A stretch of 64,000 nt of DNA from Tetramitus jugosus (taxonomy: Eukaryota; Protista; Heterolobosea): positions 372,001 to 436,000 of the forward strand of contig OW569382.1 in assembly GCA_937625935.1 (NCBI GenBank), read 5' to 3'. Of the stretch, positions 12,277 to 24,329 are shown piece by piece. The translations under genes and the position numbers were made by a program. The notes under the pieces are model-generated. The model was not told where the DNA came from, did not search any database, and saw only the letters and a program-made list of their open reading frames with translations. Numbering within the stretch: the stretch's first letter is position 1; every line of letters begins with the position of its first letter.

Positions 12277-13509
12277 ATGAAAATGATCGATGTTCAGCAT
12301 CGTATTACAGCAGTCCGGAGCATCCACAGTGTGTTAAGCAATACTGAAAGCTATGGCCGCCAAAATACGATCAATAGAACCAGGAGCAATCACGAACGAC
12401 CATTCTATGGGTTGCTCACCGTTCTGTTGATCCTTTCGATGATTCTGACCCCTAACATTTGCACAGGGATCGTTCGGGCGATGAATCAGGACATGCAGTT
12501 AGCAATCAATGCAGCCATCTATCAATTACATAATTACAATAGCGATTGGAAGGTATTTTCGTTTCTTACTTGAATTACTAGATTCGATAATTTTGTTCTA
12601 ATCGTCTTCACATTACCTATCTCTGTTGTGTATTTGATGACGCGAAAGTACTTGCTGTCGTCTAACGGAATACATATATATCATGTCGAACAGTGTTCTA
12701 CGGTCAAATTCCCAAGGGTTTCATACTATGATTCTCCCACATACACCTATCATGATCGGTTGCTCACTGTGTGTATGGATGAGGATCCCGGTGTTCCCTG
12801 GGTTCAACCCGAAGGCTCCATCAAACAAGGATTCTACTACTCTGCTCTGGACATGATTCTTGGAGAATTGAATCAACGGTATGGTTGGGAATTGAAACCG
12901 GAGTGGATAACGATCAATCACACGATAAACAGTGTAAGCTATTTACAAGAATTAGTATACATGCTCAATAATCAGACGTGTGATGTAGTGATATCGATGA
13001 GTGGTGACGTTGCTAACACAATGGCTGAACTCAAAGACACTCTCAATGTTGACTTTAGTTGTCCGTTGTCTGCCTCGAGGAACGCAATTGTTCGAAGTGC
13101 ACTTCAACCAGAGAAAACAATTGATTCACTGGCTTCAATGAACGATCCTAGTGTTACAGTGTATCTGCCCGCCAATCTATCGTATCAACAGCTCTGGTTG
13201 AGAGATTTTCCATTGGCCAATGTAACGTTTAAACCGACAGATTATGATTTCTATTCTGGTTTGTTGAACAATGAATTTCATGTGACTATCAAGGATGAAG
13301 TCTCTGCCAACAATTGGAGAGTCATCGAATGTGTCCAATGTTATGTTTATAGCTTTGGAGATGCGATCCAGCATGGATTGATGTTTCGGAAGTCTTCCAT
13401 ACCCAACACTGGTCACAGAGACTCACCAAACAATACGTCCTTGTGTTTGATACTCTTGGTCACTAGCTTAGTCCTATGGTCTTTTCTCAATCTAACACTA
13501 AAATTGTAA
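12277..13509 (+). CDS. Secreted/possibly GPI-anchored solute-binding-protein (family 3-like) domain protein; intron 12553-12693
   Basis: N-terminal hydrophobic leader. SBP-like segments LTVCMDEDPGVPW, LNNQTCDVVIS, VDFSCP and IDSLASMN. C-terminal hydrophobic tail. The GT..CTAAC..CAG intron joins the two ORFs in frame (WK|CSTVK). Confidence 0.6.
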
Positions 13510-13706
13510 TGCATAACACTTTTTGGTTGTATCCTTTATTTTCCGACACCGTAAAAAAGTCCAAGCGAACTTTCCGTACAGTTCGCAAGAATGTCGTTTC
13601 CACGTCAAATCACCTTGAAAAAAATATTCAAGCTTCTCTTGAGAAAACAAACAAAATCAGAAACAACAAGTTTAGAGCTCAAAAGTTCACATTTTACAAT
13701 CAGAAC

Positions 13707-14466
13707 ATGACATCAACAACAACAACCACAAGCTCTCATTCCAAGAGAGATGGATTTCAAGTAGGCATCTGCGGTGGAGGAGGTGTAGGAAAGAGCTGTA
13801 TCACTGTTCGCTTTGTTCTATCGTATGTGTCATCAGTTTTTGCTCATGTGTTGTTTTTTAAGCTTTTTGGAGGAGAATTTTTTTTGTTAATTCCGTTTTT
13901 TTGTAACTGTTTGTAGCATATTCAATGATGACTATGATCCAACGATCCAAGACGCTTACAAGAAATCCATTACGGTGGATCAGGTACCATGTGATTTGAA
14001 TTTGTTGGATACGGCAGGTCAAGAGGAATACGAAGCTCTTCAAGCTCAGTTTATGCGTGAATGTCAAGCTTACATTCTCGTTTACGATCAAACGTCGGTT
14101 GACAGTGTTCACGGCTTGGAACGATTCATTAGCTCTATTAGCAGAGCAAACAACGAAGAGCCCTTTCCCGTAGTTCTCTGCGGAAATAAATCTGATTTGG
14201 TGGTTGGCGAAGGGGACCCTGAGGTCGCTAGAGCAGCTCAACGCCTAGTGAGCGAACAGCTCAATCATTGTCCTCATTTTTCGACATCTGCAAAGAACAA
14301 TGAGAATGTGCAAGTGTTGTTTGAGTCCATTGTGAGAGAGTTTAGAAGATTTAGAGACGAGAAGGAACGGAAAACTCAAACAAGGAAGAGATCTGGCTTG
14401 TTTGGCAGTGTGAGTCACTCGGATACAGCCAAGAGAGACCTCGAAATGTTCAATGGAAGCTCGTAA
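13707..14466 (+). CDS. Ras-family small GTPase; intron 13823-13916
   Basis: Motifs GGGGVGKS, YDPTIQD, DTAGQEEY, NKSD and SAK. Intron is GTATGT...TAG. Confidence 0.92.
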
Positions 14467-14694
14467 ATAAATTGTAAATTACTTCTGATTCCCTCTGATC
14501 TGACACATTGTATCCTTTTCTTTTTCCCTTCAAAGGTTTGTCCGCCCAATGCCCCGCGATGGACGTTTGACACGCACATCAAAAGGTTCGTTTTTTGTCA
14601 AACGAAAAACAAACACAGACAGGAGAAACCAACAAAAATTTTTTGGACCAATTTTGTCTTTCACACATTATATCACATCGTCATCATCACCACC

Positions 14695-15206
14695 ATGAGT
14701 ATCACAACATCAAAAAGTATGACCATCTTTCACTCTCCACATCAACAACAAAAACAAACAAAAACAAACATTTTTACTAACAAAAAACAAAATAATTTTT
14801 GTAAATTTTAGCTCTCATTAGAGAAAAGTTGGAAGCAATCGCCAACACTGACGAAAAACGAATGCAAAGAATGGTCATTGTGTTTGAACTGCCATTTGTC
14901 GTCGACGAAAACGATATCCGAAAATGGTTTGCCAAAGTCGGAGGAATAAAAACAATGGAAATTTACCGATCTGGCGCGCTAGTGTTCTCTACGGCGGTCA
15001 TAGAGCTACAAAAAAAAAGTGGTGTGAAAAAAGCTTGTGAGCTCGCACTGCAAGAATATGGAACACAATCGGGATCGGACTTTGATATCGTAGTGATGAG
15101 TGCGATTGATTTTATGGCGGGAAAAAAATTACCAAAGAAGAACAAGAATGGAACGTTAGATAGAGGTGAAGTGGAGAAGAAGGGAGCAGCATGTAAGATG
15201 CAATGA
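14695..15206 (+). CDS. Small RRM-like protein ending in a CaaX-like motif; intron 14717-14811
   Basis: VFELPFVVDENDIRKWFAKVGGI and STAVIEL resemble RNP2/RNP1. The GTATGA..CTAAC..TAG intron restores frame. Protein ends CKMQ. Confidence 0.6.
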
Positions 15207-15771
15207 GAACATTGAGCTCTAGGGTTACAACTAATAACAACAACAACTAACAACTTTGTGTTATAGGATGATGTGGGCACACACACACACACGAGAGAGT
15301 AATGTGTTGGTAGTTTACTCACACATACACACCGACAACAACGACAACGACACATCATATATGAATTACTAACTATTACTATCACCTACTACTACTACTA
15401 CTATTATAACTATTACCATTACCAACAACAATAACAACAATATACTTTGAAACAAAAACGAGAATCAATACGATGATGATCGAATATAGAGACAAGAACA
15501 ACAATGGAACACGTGCGCACACAAACATCATGTTTCACTCACAGGACTCACAAAAAGAGAAACAAACGCGTACAACAACAACAGGAACAATTGTGTTGTC
15601 GTTTGAGGGACCTTTTTTCTTCCAATGATAACATGTGAAATGAAATGGTCCACCCAGGAGTCAACTTGAACTCAAAGAGTTTTTTGATTGACACTTGACA
15701 GTCAGGTGTATTTGTCACAATGACAGAAAGGACAGTGACAAATCATGTGGTTGTTGTTGAATTTGGTGGTT

Positions 15772-18540
15772 TTACAATGAGAAGCATCCACCCGCCAACA
15801 ACACATCCTTTTGTAGGTAGGTCAGCGAGTAGACTGGTGTTTGTTTTGTGTAAAGTGTTTTCAGTGGTCCTTTCTCGATTGCTCTCTTGTTCTCTTCGTC
15901 GTCTAGAATCTTTTTCTGATCTGGTTTGGCGGCGCCTGCTGATGATGCAGGTGTCGATGACATCATCTTGTTCACCGTTGTCTCAGTCAAGTCCCACAAT
16001 CGTATCGTGCAATCCAACGAGGAAGAGGCGAGAATCGTGTCCGTGTGATTAAAGTCTAGTGACCAAATCTGATCCGTGTGACCAGAGAACTTGTACACAT
16101 GTCTTCCGCTGGCAATATCCCAAACGTACACTTGTTCATCCTGTCCTGCACTGGCACAGTATCTACCATCGTGAGAGAATGCCAGTGTGTGAATGGAGCC
16201 GTAGTGACCTCTGAACAAGCGCACACATTCACCAGTGTCGATATCCCAGAGACGAACAGTTTTGTCGCTCGATCCTGTGGCGACATACTTGGAATTTGGA
16301 TGGAACTTGACACATTCCACATCGGACAAGTGACCGGCGAGGACTCTGACTGGTGTGACACGATCAGTGACCCATATGCGAGCTGTTCTATCATGAGACG
16401 CAGTTGCAAAGACGTAGTCTAGAGGTGAGAAGGCAACATCCCAAACAGCATATTGATGACCCTTGTAGACGACAATGTTGCTTCCAGTTTCCACATTCCA
16501 TAATCGTGCAGTTCCATCCTCTGATGAAGACAATAACCATCTCTGATCCGAGTTGAAACTGAGCGAGTACACAGGTCCACAATGACCGACAAGTGTCTGA
16601 TAGTTGACACTGTTGGCTCTTCTGTTTCCTGCCGATACATGCCCTCCGTTTTGATGCTGATTAGCGGCACCACTTGATGATGACACTCCATCCATCATAT
16701 CCCCATTGACTGACAACGAGTTTCGATTCGTAATTAAATTCCAGTTCCAGCACTTGATTGTAGAATCTGAGAATCCTCCGGCAATAATAGGTCCATTTGT
16801 CTGATCAAAGTTTGATTCATAGGTTCCTGGGTGCTTATTCTTTGGCACGGCAATCTCCAACGTATTCAATTCGTCCTTGCAGTTGAACATTGTGTAGAAA
16901 CAAACAGAGGGAAGTGTGGGAGTGGCACGAGAAGCTGCTTCCGCCAACTGTTTCATTTGTCTCGCTGCCTCGAGCTCAGACTTCTTCTTTCTGCCTCGTT
17001 TTCCAGGTTCTTTTGCTCCGGCAGTTGCCTGTGCAGACTCGAACGAGCTCACACTTGTTTCCCATCGAATCGGTTTGATGCGATTTGCACTCAATAGATC
17101 AGTAGAGTGCTTACCGGATGATTCGTCTTGATCCTCGCTCTCCTCTCTTCTTCTCTTGCTGCTGCTACCAGTGACACTCTGTTGATCATCTCGTTTGCCC
17201 TTCTTGCCTGCACTACTCGTATCCAATTGCAAGACACCATCAACAATGGCAGGTGCTGTAATGCTCGGTTGTCCCTTGTACACTGCACATGACAAATAAA
17301 AATATTAGAAATTTTGTTAATTTCTTCCATATTGAGTGTGATCAATACATGATGATCATCATGACAGCAAATACTTACCCTTGAAATTGACAAATCGATT
17401 CAAAATGGCCAACAAATTCAACTCTGAATCCTGCAAAAACTTCATCAACAATTCAAACGATGCCTGACTCAATCGAATAATAAACTTGTGATTGAGAACA
17501 CGTTGTGCAAACTCGTTTTGTGCAATCAAATCAGGTGAGGTCAAGCTCTGCAACACCAACACTTCATCATAGTGAAAATGAGTGTGCTGTGACTTGTATT
17601 TGCCCAAGAATTTTCTTGCTTCTTCTTTAAATCCCTTGAGAATCAATTCCAAGTAACAATGGATGAACACTGGGTACAATACTTGAATGACTTCATTCTA
17701 TATACATGTTTGTTCATGTGTGTAAGCTTTTTAAAAATGTTGATGTTTTGATCAAATGACAAAATAAAATTTACCTTGTAAATGTCAAGTGAAGAATAGA
17801 CCCAATCAGTCAATGATTGATAGGCATGCAAGTAACGTCTGCTGTTACTTCGTTGCAAATTTGTATTCTCCAAATATTCATTCAAAATTTCCTTATCATC
17901 TATCGTGTTTTTGTATTATTGTATTTTGTGTGAAAAATTTGTGTAAAAAATACAAAAAAAATGTTAATATTGAGTGATAACAAAGGTAAAAACAAAAAAA
18001 AGCACTTAAATACGCACTGGACGTTGTCATAGCATCTTGTTTCTCAATATCAACAATCATTTGTTCAATGGTGGCTGTTGTGTGAGGTGCCTCTGACTTG
18101 AGAGCACTGAGAGCTTTTGCATAACCCTTTTGTTTCAAAAATTTGAGAACAATTTTTTCCATTTGTTCATCACTTTCCTTTTGTTGTTGTTGCAGCTGTT
18201 GTTGTTGTTGCTGTGTTTTGTCAACAAGAGTTGTGGATGAAGCTGGTGATGTGGGAGATGATACTGAAGTTGAAGCTATTGGTGTTGTTGTTGTTGTTGT
18301 TGTTGGTGTTGTGGGTGGATCTGATTGACTCATATTGTGTCCATTATTGTTGAACTCTTGAGAGGAGCTAATGGTGGTTGTTGATAAGGGAGAGGAGGAG
18401 CTTTGTGTTGTTGTTGGAGAAGTTGTTGATGATTGGAGAGGTGTGGTGGGAGGATTGATGGTGGATGGATCATTGTTGTTGTTGTTGTTGCTATTGGGCA
18501 TTATTTGTTGTTGTTGATCAACATCATTGTTGTCAGACAT
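15772..18540 (-). CDS. TAF5: TFIID subunit 5 (TAF5), multi-exon
   Basis: LisH (VLKFLKQKGY), NTD2 (WVYSSLDIYK; YPVFIHCYLEL), LPSVCFYT, and WD40 repeats (ATASHDRTAR, GHLSDVECVKFHPN). Confidence 0.93.
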
Positions 18541-18635
18541 GATGATCGTTGTTAAACCGCAGTAATCAAAATTCTCTTTTTTTTTGGCGGTTTTTTGTGA
18601 TTTCCAACAGTTGGTCACGAAAAGCAAAACATGAA

Positions 18636-19685
18636 ATGAGTGATGCTAACAACAACGACAACAACAACAGAATTCCAAGAGTGCCCAATGATCCATACAC
18701 ACCCTATGAGAAACCAGAGGGTGATATTGGTCTCATTTTCTTGAAGCACTCTTTTCACAAGTACAGTCATCCTTTTCATCACAATGAATTTGGTTTACCA
18801 ACTTTTCCATTGCATCCACAAGAGCTTGAATGTGCCAGAAGAGATACCATGGATCATTTTCTCCAATGGAACCGTTCTCTTCTCTGCCAAGAAATTTTCC
18901 GCTCTTTGGCGGATGAAGTTGATGGTTCAATCAACCGATTGAACATTCAAGGAGAAGAATTGAAACAAAAACTGGAAAGGCATTTACAATTACAACCATT
19001 GGATCATGATGCCAGGGGTTCTTCACAAAAGATGACAGAAAAAGATGATGAAATGAAGCAATGGATTGAATCATGTCATCGTTTACAAGATGAAATTCAA
19101 GGTGTGATGAATGACATGAAACGGGTCAAGCGGATTCATGACGATGTAATTGTCAATGGATCAAGTGATGACAACAAGAATGATGAGTGGTCTCAATCTC
19201 ATTCAAACAAGGAACAATTCAAGATGGCAACACTGGATGAACACGTGAAACAAAGCATGATTCAATTAGGGCTACATGATCAAAAATTGGTTCAAGATCG
19301 AGCATATGAGTCATTGACAGACTCGATGAATCAACAATTGGTCAAGTGTCAAATGGGAGTTTCACTACCGGAGAGCATAACCAATCCAGATGCTCTGGTT
19401 TCAGTCGACACTGAACTACTAAAGTATTACAATTGCCTCCATGCAAGCTTTGCTAATGTCCTAATGGCCCAAACAGTGGGCAAATGCAGAGGTGAACTGG
19501 CAGAATTCCGAGTTTGTCACACTCGACTGTTCAAAATGCCAAACATTAAGGATAATCGATGGAACAAGTACGTCCAGTGCGTTCGGAGTCAAAATGCGTG
19601 GTTCTATCGGCACATGACGGACCAATTGAGATTTTATGAGCGTCCTAATTGGTTCGCCAAGTTGTGGAGAGGCAAGGAGCTCTGA
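18636..19685 (+). CDS. Hypothetical coiled-coil protein
   Basis: ORF of about 350 aa, divergent from TAF5; no recognised family. Confidence 0.6.
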   Translation: MSDANNNDNNNRIPRVPNDPYTPYEKPEGDIGLIFLKHSFHKYSHPFHHNEFGLPTFPLHPQELECARRDTMDHFLQWNRSLLCQEIFRSLADEVDGSINRLNIQGEELKQKLERHLQLQPLDHDARGSSQKMTEKDDEMKQWIESCHRLQDEIQGVMNDMKRVKRIHDDVIVNGSSDDNKNDEWSQSHSNKEQFKMATLDEHVKQSMIQLGLHDQKLVQDRAYESLTDSMNQQLVKCQMGVSLPESITNPDALVSVDTELLKYYNCLHASFANVLMAQTVGKCRGELAEFRVCHTRLFKMPNIKDNRWNKYVQCVRSQNAWFYRHMTDQLRFYERPNWFAKLWRGKEL

Positions 19686-19856
19686 GTCACACAATCTCAA
19701 GAAGTTTCTGATTCCGCACTATTGTGACTTGGAACCAGGTCATGCCTAAGCGCACTCGATCGCATTTTAATGTTCCGCGGATTGGAAAGCTTTTGCTTTG
19801 GCCAACAAAAAACAAAATTGCAACAACTCAATATATTTTATTTATTCACACACAAC

Positions 19857-20903
19857 ATGTCATCTGTTCTGCCTAGAGTTTTGTTTACGAATCCGTTGGT
19901 TCATTTGTCTCTCAAATCGTTTGAGAGTCGATATCTGATCAGTGTGCTCCAGTCGACTGCTGAGGGTAACCAAACTCCACAGCAGGACCTCGTTCGTGCT
20001 GTCAACGAGTTTAAACCCAATGCCATCTACTTGTCATTCTCCAAGGGTGGCATTGTCATTAACCAAGACGATTTCTTTGCTCAGTTAACACCTGAGAGCA
20101 AGCAAGAGCTAAAGCTAGTGTCCAACCTGGGTGTCGGATATGACAAGATCAACCCAGTGAGTTGCATCAACAACAATGTCTACGCATCCAACACACCGGA
20201 TGTTGTGTCTGATGCTACAGCTGATGTCACCTTGGCACTCATGCTCAACTGTGCAAGAAAGACTGGTTTCTTTGAGGCAAGCCTAAGAAGAGGACAATGG
20301 AACGCTGGCGGTAATGTGTTTGGTTTTGATCTGAGAAACAAAGTTTTGGGAATTGTGGGCTGTGGCAGCATTGGTAAAGAAGTTGTCAAGCGTGCACAAG
20401 CATTCGGTATGCGTATCAAGTATTTCAAGAGAAACCGCTTGTCAGAGCAGGAGGAGTCTGCGTTGAACTTGGGCTCTGATGCATTTGAACCAAACCTTCA
20501 TCAACTATTGGCTCATAGTGATATCGTGTCAGTTCATACTCCATTGAACGAAAGCACGAGACACTTGTTGTCGACCAATGAGTTTGCTGCCATGAAATCA
20601 AGTGCCTATGTGATTAACACGTCAAGAGGGCCTGTGATTGATGAGAAGGCACTTGTTCATGCTATTTCTACTGGTCAGATTGCTGGATGTGGTCTCGATG
20701 TGTTTGAGAATGAACCCATCGTGACTCCTGAGCTGTTGACTCTGGAGAACGTTGTATTGTATCCTCATATTGGTACTCAAACGAGAGATACTCGAGTCAA
20801 CATGGAAACATTGGCCATGAAGAATATCGAATCTGTGTTGATCCAAGGCACTAGACCAGATACTCCTGTTCCCGAGCAAAAGGACTTCGTGAGAAATCTA
20901 TAA
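19857..20903 (+). CDS. D-isomer-specific 2-hydroxyacid dehydrogenase (glyoxylate/hydroxypyruvate reductase-like)
   Basis: Motifs GVGYD, NTPDVVSDATAD, GIVGCGSIG, INTSRGPVIDE, LDVFENEP and PHIG. Confidence 0.93.
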   Translation: MSSVLPRVLFTNPLVHLSLKSFESRYLISVLQSTAEGNQTPQQDLVRAVNEFKPNAIYLSFSKGGIVINQDDFFAQLTPESKQELKLVSNLGVGYDKINPVSCINNNVYASNTPDVVSDATADVTLALMLNCARKTGFFEASLRRGQWNAGGNVFGFDLRNKVLGIVGCGSIGKEVVKRAQAFGMRIKYFKRNRLSEQEESALNLGSDAFEPNLHQLLAHSDIVSVHTPLNESTRHLLSTNEFAAMKSSAYVINTSRGPVIDEKALVHAISTGQIAGCGLDVFENEPIVTPELLTLENVVLYPHIGTQTRDTRVNMETLAMKNIESVLIQGTRPDTPVPEQKDFVRNL

Positions 20904-21072
20904 AAAAATCCATGTATCAGTTCCAATGTATGCGCCGCAGTAGTGTATCAGTTACCAGCTGAGAGTCCGTTCCTTTTCTCCATGTCGCACAGTATACAGT
21001 CGACACCTGCTTGCGTTTACTCCTTTATACCAAATTTACCTCCAAATCTCCATGATCGTTCCATAAAAAAAT

Positions 21073-22999
21073 CGGCCAGATTTTACCCATGAACACTTAT
21101 TTTTATCAACTCGGGGAGAACACAAATACAACTGAATCAAGATTGAGAAATTCCATCGGCAAAATAAAGCATGGACTCCATGGAACAACAAGTAATCAAT
21201 GTTCGTCCTGAAAATCCTCAACCAATTCCCTCTGCACACATGAAGGTGAGTGTCATCACACTAGATGCTGAGAATGTGGTCTGTGATACCTACGTGGAAG
21301 GAGCAGATTTTGTAACAACAAAACAACCGACGACCAAGGTCAACTTCACCACAGCAACGAAAATAGCGAGAGGAACGTTACCAACAACCAATAGAACTGT
21401 GTTGGACCATTTTCTTCGCCTTTACAACGACGATCTCATCACGATGACACTCGAATGTATGAACTATAGGAGGGATGCAAGATATGAGGAGAGAAAGACC
21501 AAAGAAGGATTGCGAGGTCGCCCAGTTACTCAGAGTCAAGAGCTGTATGAGAAGGACAGAAACAAATATCTCAAACGTTTCAATGACTGCTTTGACCATA
21601 ATGATTTGTTCCAATTTCTGGCCTGCTTTTTCAGGATTTCAACAATCAACTTCCACACACTTGACCAATACTGGAGTGATTGTGATGAAACCAAGTGTGG
21701 AACGAAGAAGTGGTTTGATAGGAGAATGAAACAATACAAATTCATGGAGATGTGGAATTGTTTGGACTTGGATGGCGAAGCTGATAAATGGCTTGATGGC
21801 GTTTTGAAATCTATTCAGTGTGACTATACTCCTCATAAATGGCTCTGTGTTGATGAATCTATTGCTCCTATTCAATGCAACAATAACCCGCATCATGTAT
21901 TCGTGCAACGGAAACCACATCCGCATGGCATTAAATTTGAAGATGTGGCAGACGCGAACATGTATCTGATCTCTTTCAATATGCATAAAAGAACATCGAC
22001 AGATTATCTATATCCACCGATTGATCGCAGCAAGAAATTGAAACTGGTGCGCGAGGATGTATTGACGACCACTATTCCAGATGTTCTAGGCACTCTTCTT
22101 TCCCACTTACAAGGCAGTCATATCGTGGTTGGAGATTCCTGGTTCGGTGGATGTGATCCCACCATTGCAGTGACTGCAATGGGGCACCATGCCTTGTTCA
22201 AATGCAAGAGTGATAGACCAGGATTCCTGTTCAGAGACCTGCTCAACACTAAGAAGGTGAATCAACACAAGACTGTTGGTGTAGAAGGACTGATGGGTTG
22301 TGGTCATTATTGTTCTGCCGTTAGTCAAGAGAAGGACAAATTCAAGAACAATAAGATAGTTGGAAAGTCGTTTAATAATATTCTATCCACCTTTCATCGA
22401 TGTGATGAATATGTAACTGTGAAAGAGGATGTATACATAGGGGAAGGAGAGCGCGAGGAACAGGACGTAACAGTCCCAATGATGGTCTATGACTATCATC
22501 AAATGGCATGTGTGATTGATGAGGTCAATGCGTCTATAATGTCATCATACTACAACCACACCTGCACACGATGGACATCGGCGGTATGGATTTGGACAAT
22601 GGGTGTGCTTGTACATGATGCTCGTATTTTGTACAATCTCGAGCATCCAACTGCTCAACTATCCCAAATTCTATTCATGGAGATTCTATCGAACCAAATT
22701 TTTAAAGTAGAGAAGGAGAAGGAGATCGAAGATCATGTGCTGGAGGATGTCAAAATGAGAACGTACTGTAAGGTGTGCTACGCGCAAGAAAACAAGAAAA
22801 AAAGTATGTGCAAGACATATTGTCCAGCTTGTGGACATCAAATTTGTAGCAAGTGCTTCAATGAACCTTCCAGGCACTGGGGATATTTTGTAAAGAAAAT
22901 TGTAAATGGCGGATAACATCTCGGGAAAACAAATTCTCCATCAAATTTTATTGTCCGTCAAGTTTGTTAAAAATAAGTGTACAAGGTAAAATCTGGCCG
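21073..22999 (+). mobile_element. piggyBac-like DNA transposon with ~38-bp imperfect TIRs and 4-bp AAAT TSD
   Basis: Left end CGGCCAGATTTTACCcatgaACACTTATTTTTA. Right end reverse complement CGGCCAGATTTTACCttgtACACTTATTTTTA. AAAT at 21069-72 and 23000-03. Confidence 0.88.
21171..22916 (+). CDS. piggyBac (DDE_Tnp_1_7) transposase, intact ORF
   Basis: Motifs LCVDES, KPHPHGIK, VGDSWF and YHQMACVID (DDD triad), then RW..VW and a C-terminal Cys-rich domain CKVC..C..CPAC..CSKCF. Confidence 0.9.
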   Translation: MDSMEQQVINVRPENPQPIPSAHMKVSVITLDAENVVCDTYVEGADFVTTKQPTTKVNFTTATKIARGTLPTTNRTVLDHFLRLYNDDLITMTLECMNYRRDARYEERKTKEGLRGRPVTQSQELYEKDRNKYLKRFNDCFDHNDLFQFLACFFRISTINFHTLDQYWSDCDETKCGTKKWFDRRMKQYKFMEMWNCLDLDGEADKWLDGVLKSIQCDYTPHKWLCVDESIAPIQCNNNPHHVFVQRKPHPHGIKFEDVADANMYLISFNMHKRTSTDYLYPPIDRSKKLKLVREDVLTTTIPDVLGTLLSHLQGSHIVVGDSWFGGCDPTIAVTAMGHHALFKCKSDRPGFLFRDLLNTKKVNQHKTVGVEGLMGCGHYCSAVSQEKDKFKNNKIVGKSFNNILSTFHRCDEYVTVKEDVYIGEGEREEQDVTVPMMVYDYHQMACVIDEVNASIMSSYYNHTCTRWTSAVWIWTMGVLVHDARILYNLEHPTAQLSQILFMEILSNQIFKVEKEKEIEDHVLEDVKMRTYCKVCYAQENKKKSMCKTYCPACGHQICSKCFNEPSRHWGYFVKKIVNGG

Positions 23000-23109
23000 A
23001 AATGTTCCTGTGAATCCGGTTGACTGTTATTTAAGGTTCCTGATAACATCAAATACTAGCTCACTTCACATAACCCATCAGAAAGAATACAACAAACCAA
23101 AACTACAAA

Positions 23110-24132
23110 ATGAATCATCTCAAGCAACCAATTGTGCTGATATTATTCTCAGTTCTATTACTCTTCCTACTTCAACATGATAAGAATGTTGTGACTGCTA
23201 CAAGTTTGGAAGATGCCGCATTGTTCAATGGCGACAATGAGACCTTTGTTCCACTATCTGAAACCGGATTTACACTCACCTTTTTGGGATCAAGTGTTGA
23301 AGAAGATCCATCACTTGGTGTATTGACCACTTTTACTTATAACCTCCAGATCAATGAAACCGAGAAGACCATTAGCGGAAATTTGTCACTGTTTGCTCTT
23401 TCTCTCTGCTCCTCCGATAGAGATTTGATTGTGGATCATACCCCTGAGGACACCACACTGGAGATTGTTGATTGGAATTCCGGTCATGTTCTTCTGATTC
23501 TGAAGTTTGATGACTCTGCTTCACTGAACGGAACAAATGGAACCATACCATTCAGAGAATTCAACTTTACTGTTACACTCACAGGCAATCTCACGACTGA
23601 GGAGGGAGAATTCTTGGTGACGAACGGTAGTGTTATTGCCAACGGAACTACGCTCGTTCCAGAGTGTGTTGTTGCACCACCGCCAACAACCAATACATCA
23701 GTGTTGTGTGCAGAGGGACTCAAGGTGTGTGGTCAAGCCTGCTACAGTACAGATGTCTATGTGTGCTTTGATGGAAATTTCTTGTGTCCAGTGAATCATC
23801 TCAAGTGTAACTTTGATTGCTATCGACCAACTGTGCACGTTTGTATCAACAATACCGTGTTGTGTCCTGTGACCGCTCCATTGAGGTGTGGTGCAGCATG
23901 TTATAGCAGTGATCTCTATGGATGTGACGAGAACAACAATTTGTTCCCTGTTGTTGTAGGTAGACCATCACCAACACCTTCTCCAATTGTGTCACCTTCA
24001 CCTATCCCATCTCCATCTGTTGTGCCAGTGCCATCTGCATCCGGAAGTGGAGTCCCTCCTTCACAGACAGTCAATACACCTTCCACACAAACCAATCGTC
24101 GATTCATGGACGGCATCCGTTTGTTCAACTGA
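23110..24132 (+). CDS. Secreted glycoprotein with three Cys-rich carbohydrate-binding (CBM52/Carb_bind-like) repeats and a Pro/Ser tail
   Basis: Signal peptide, many N-x-T sites, and repeats CGQACYSTDVYVC / CNFDCYRPTVHVC / CGAACYSSDLYGC. Confidence 0.7.
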   Translation: MNHLKQPIVLILFSVLLLFLLQHDKNVVTATSLEDAALFNGDNETFVPLSETGFTLTFLGSSVEEDPSLGVLTTFTYNLQINETEKTISGNLSLFALSLCSSDRDLIVDHTPEDTTLEIVDWNSGHVLLILKFDDSASLNGTNGTIPFREFNFTVTLTGNLTTEEGEFLVTNGSVIANGTTLVPECVVAPPPTTNTSVLCAEGLKVCGQACYSTDVYVCFDGNFLCPVNHLKCNFDCYRPTVHVCINNTVLCPVTAPLRCGAACYSSDLYGCDENNNLFPVVVGRPSPTPSPIVSPSPIPSPSVVPVPSASGSGVPPSQTVNTPSTQTNRRFMDGIRLFN

Positions 24133-24329
24133 GAGTGGAATTGAAAGAAGACAAAGACACGCGAGGAATGGTGATTGAAACAAACTTACACTTTTTATAG
24201 TTGAGATCAAATATTTCAGCATCGCCAAAATCATTGTGTGGAAACAACAACAAATTGTACATAGCGAGCGATGAAGAGGGCAACTACCATAAATAAACTA
24301 CATACATTCACAAAAGCTTTAGCTAGTGT

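Noticed and set aside
15230-15600. CAA/CTA/CA-rich repeats (also 3480-3540, 18180-18530, 35280-35480)
   Set aside because: Simple microsatellite or low-complexity tracts with no repeat-spacer periodicity; not CRISPR.
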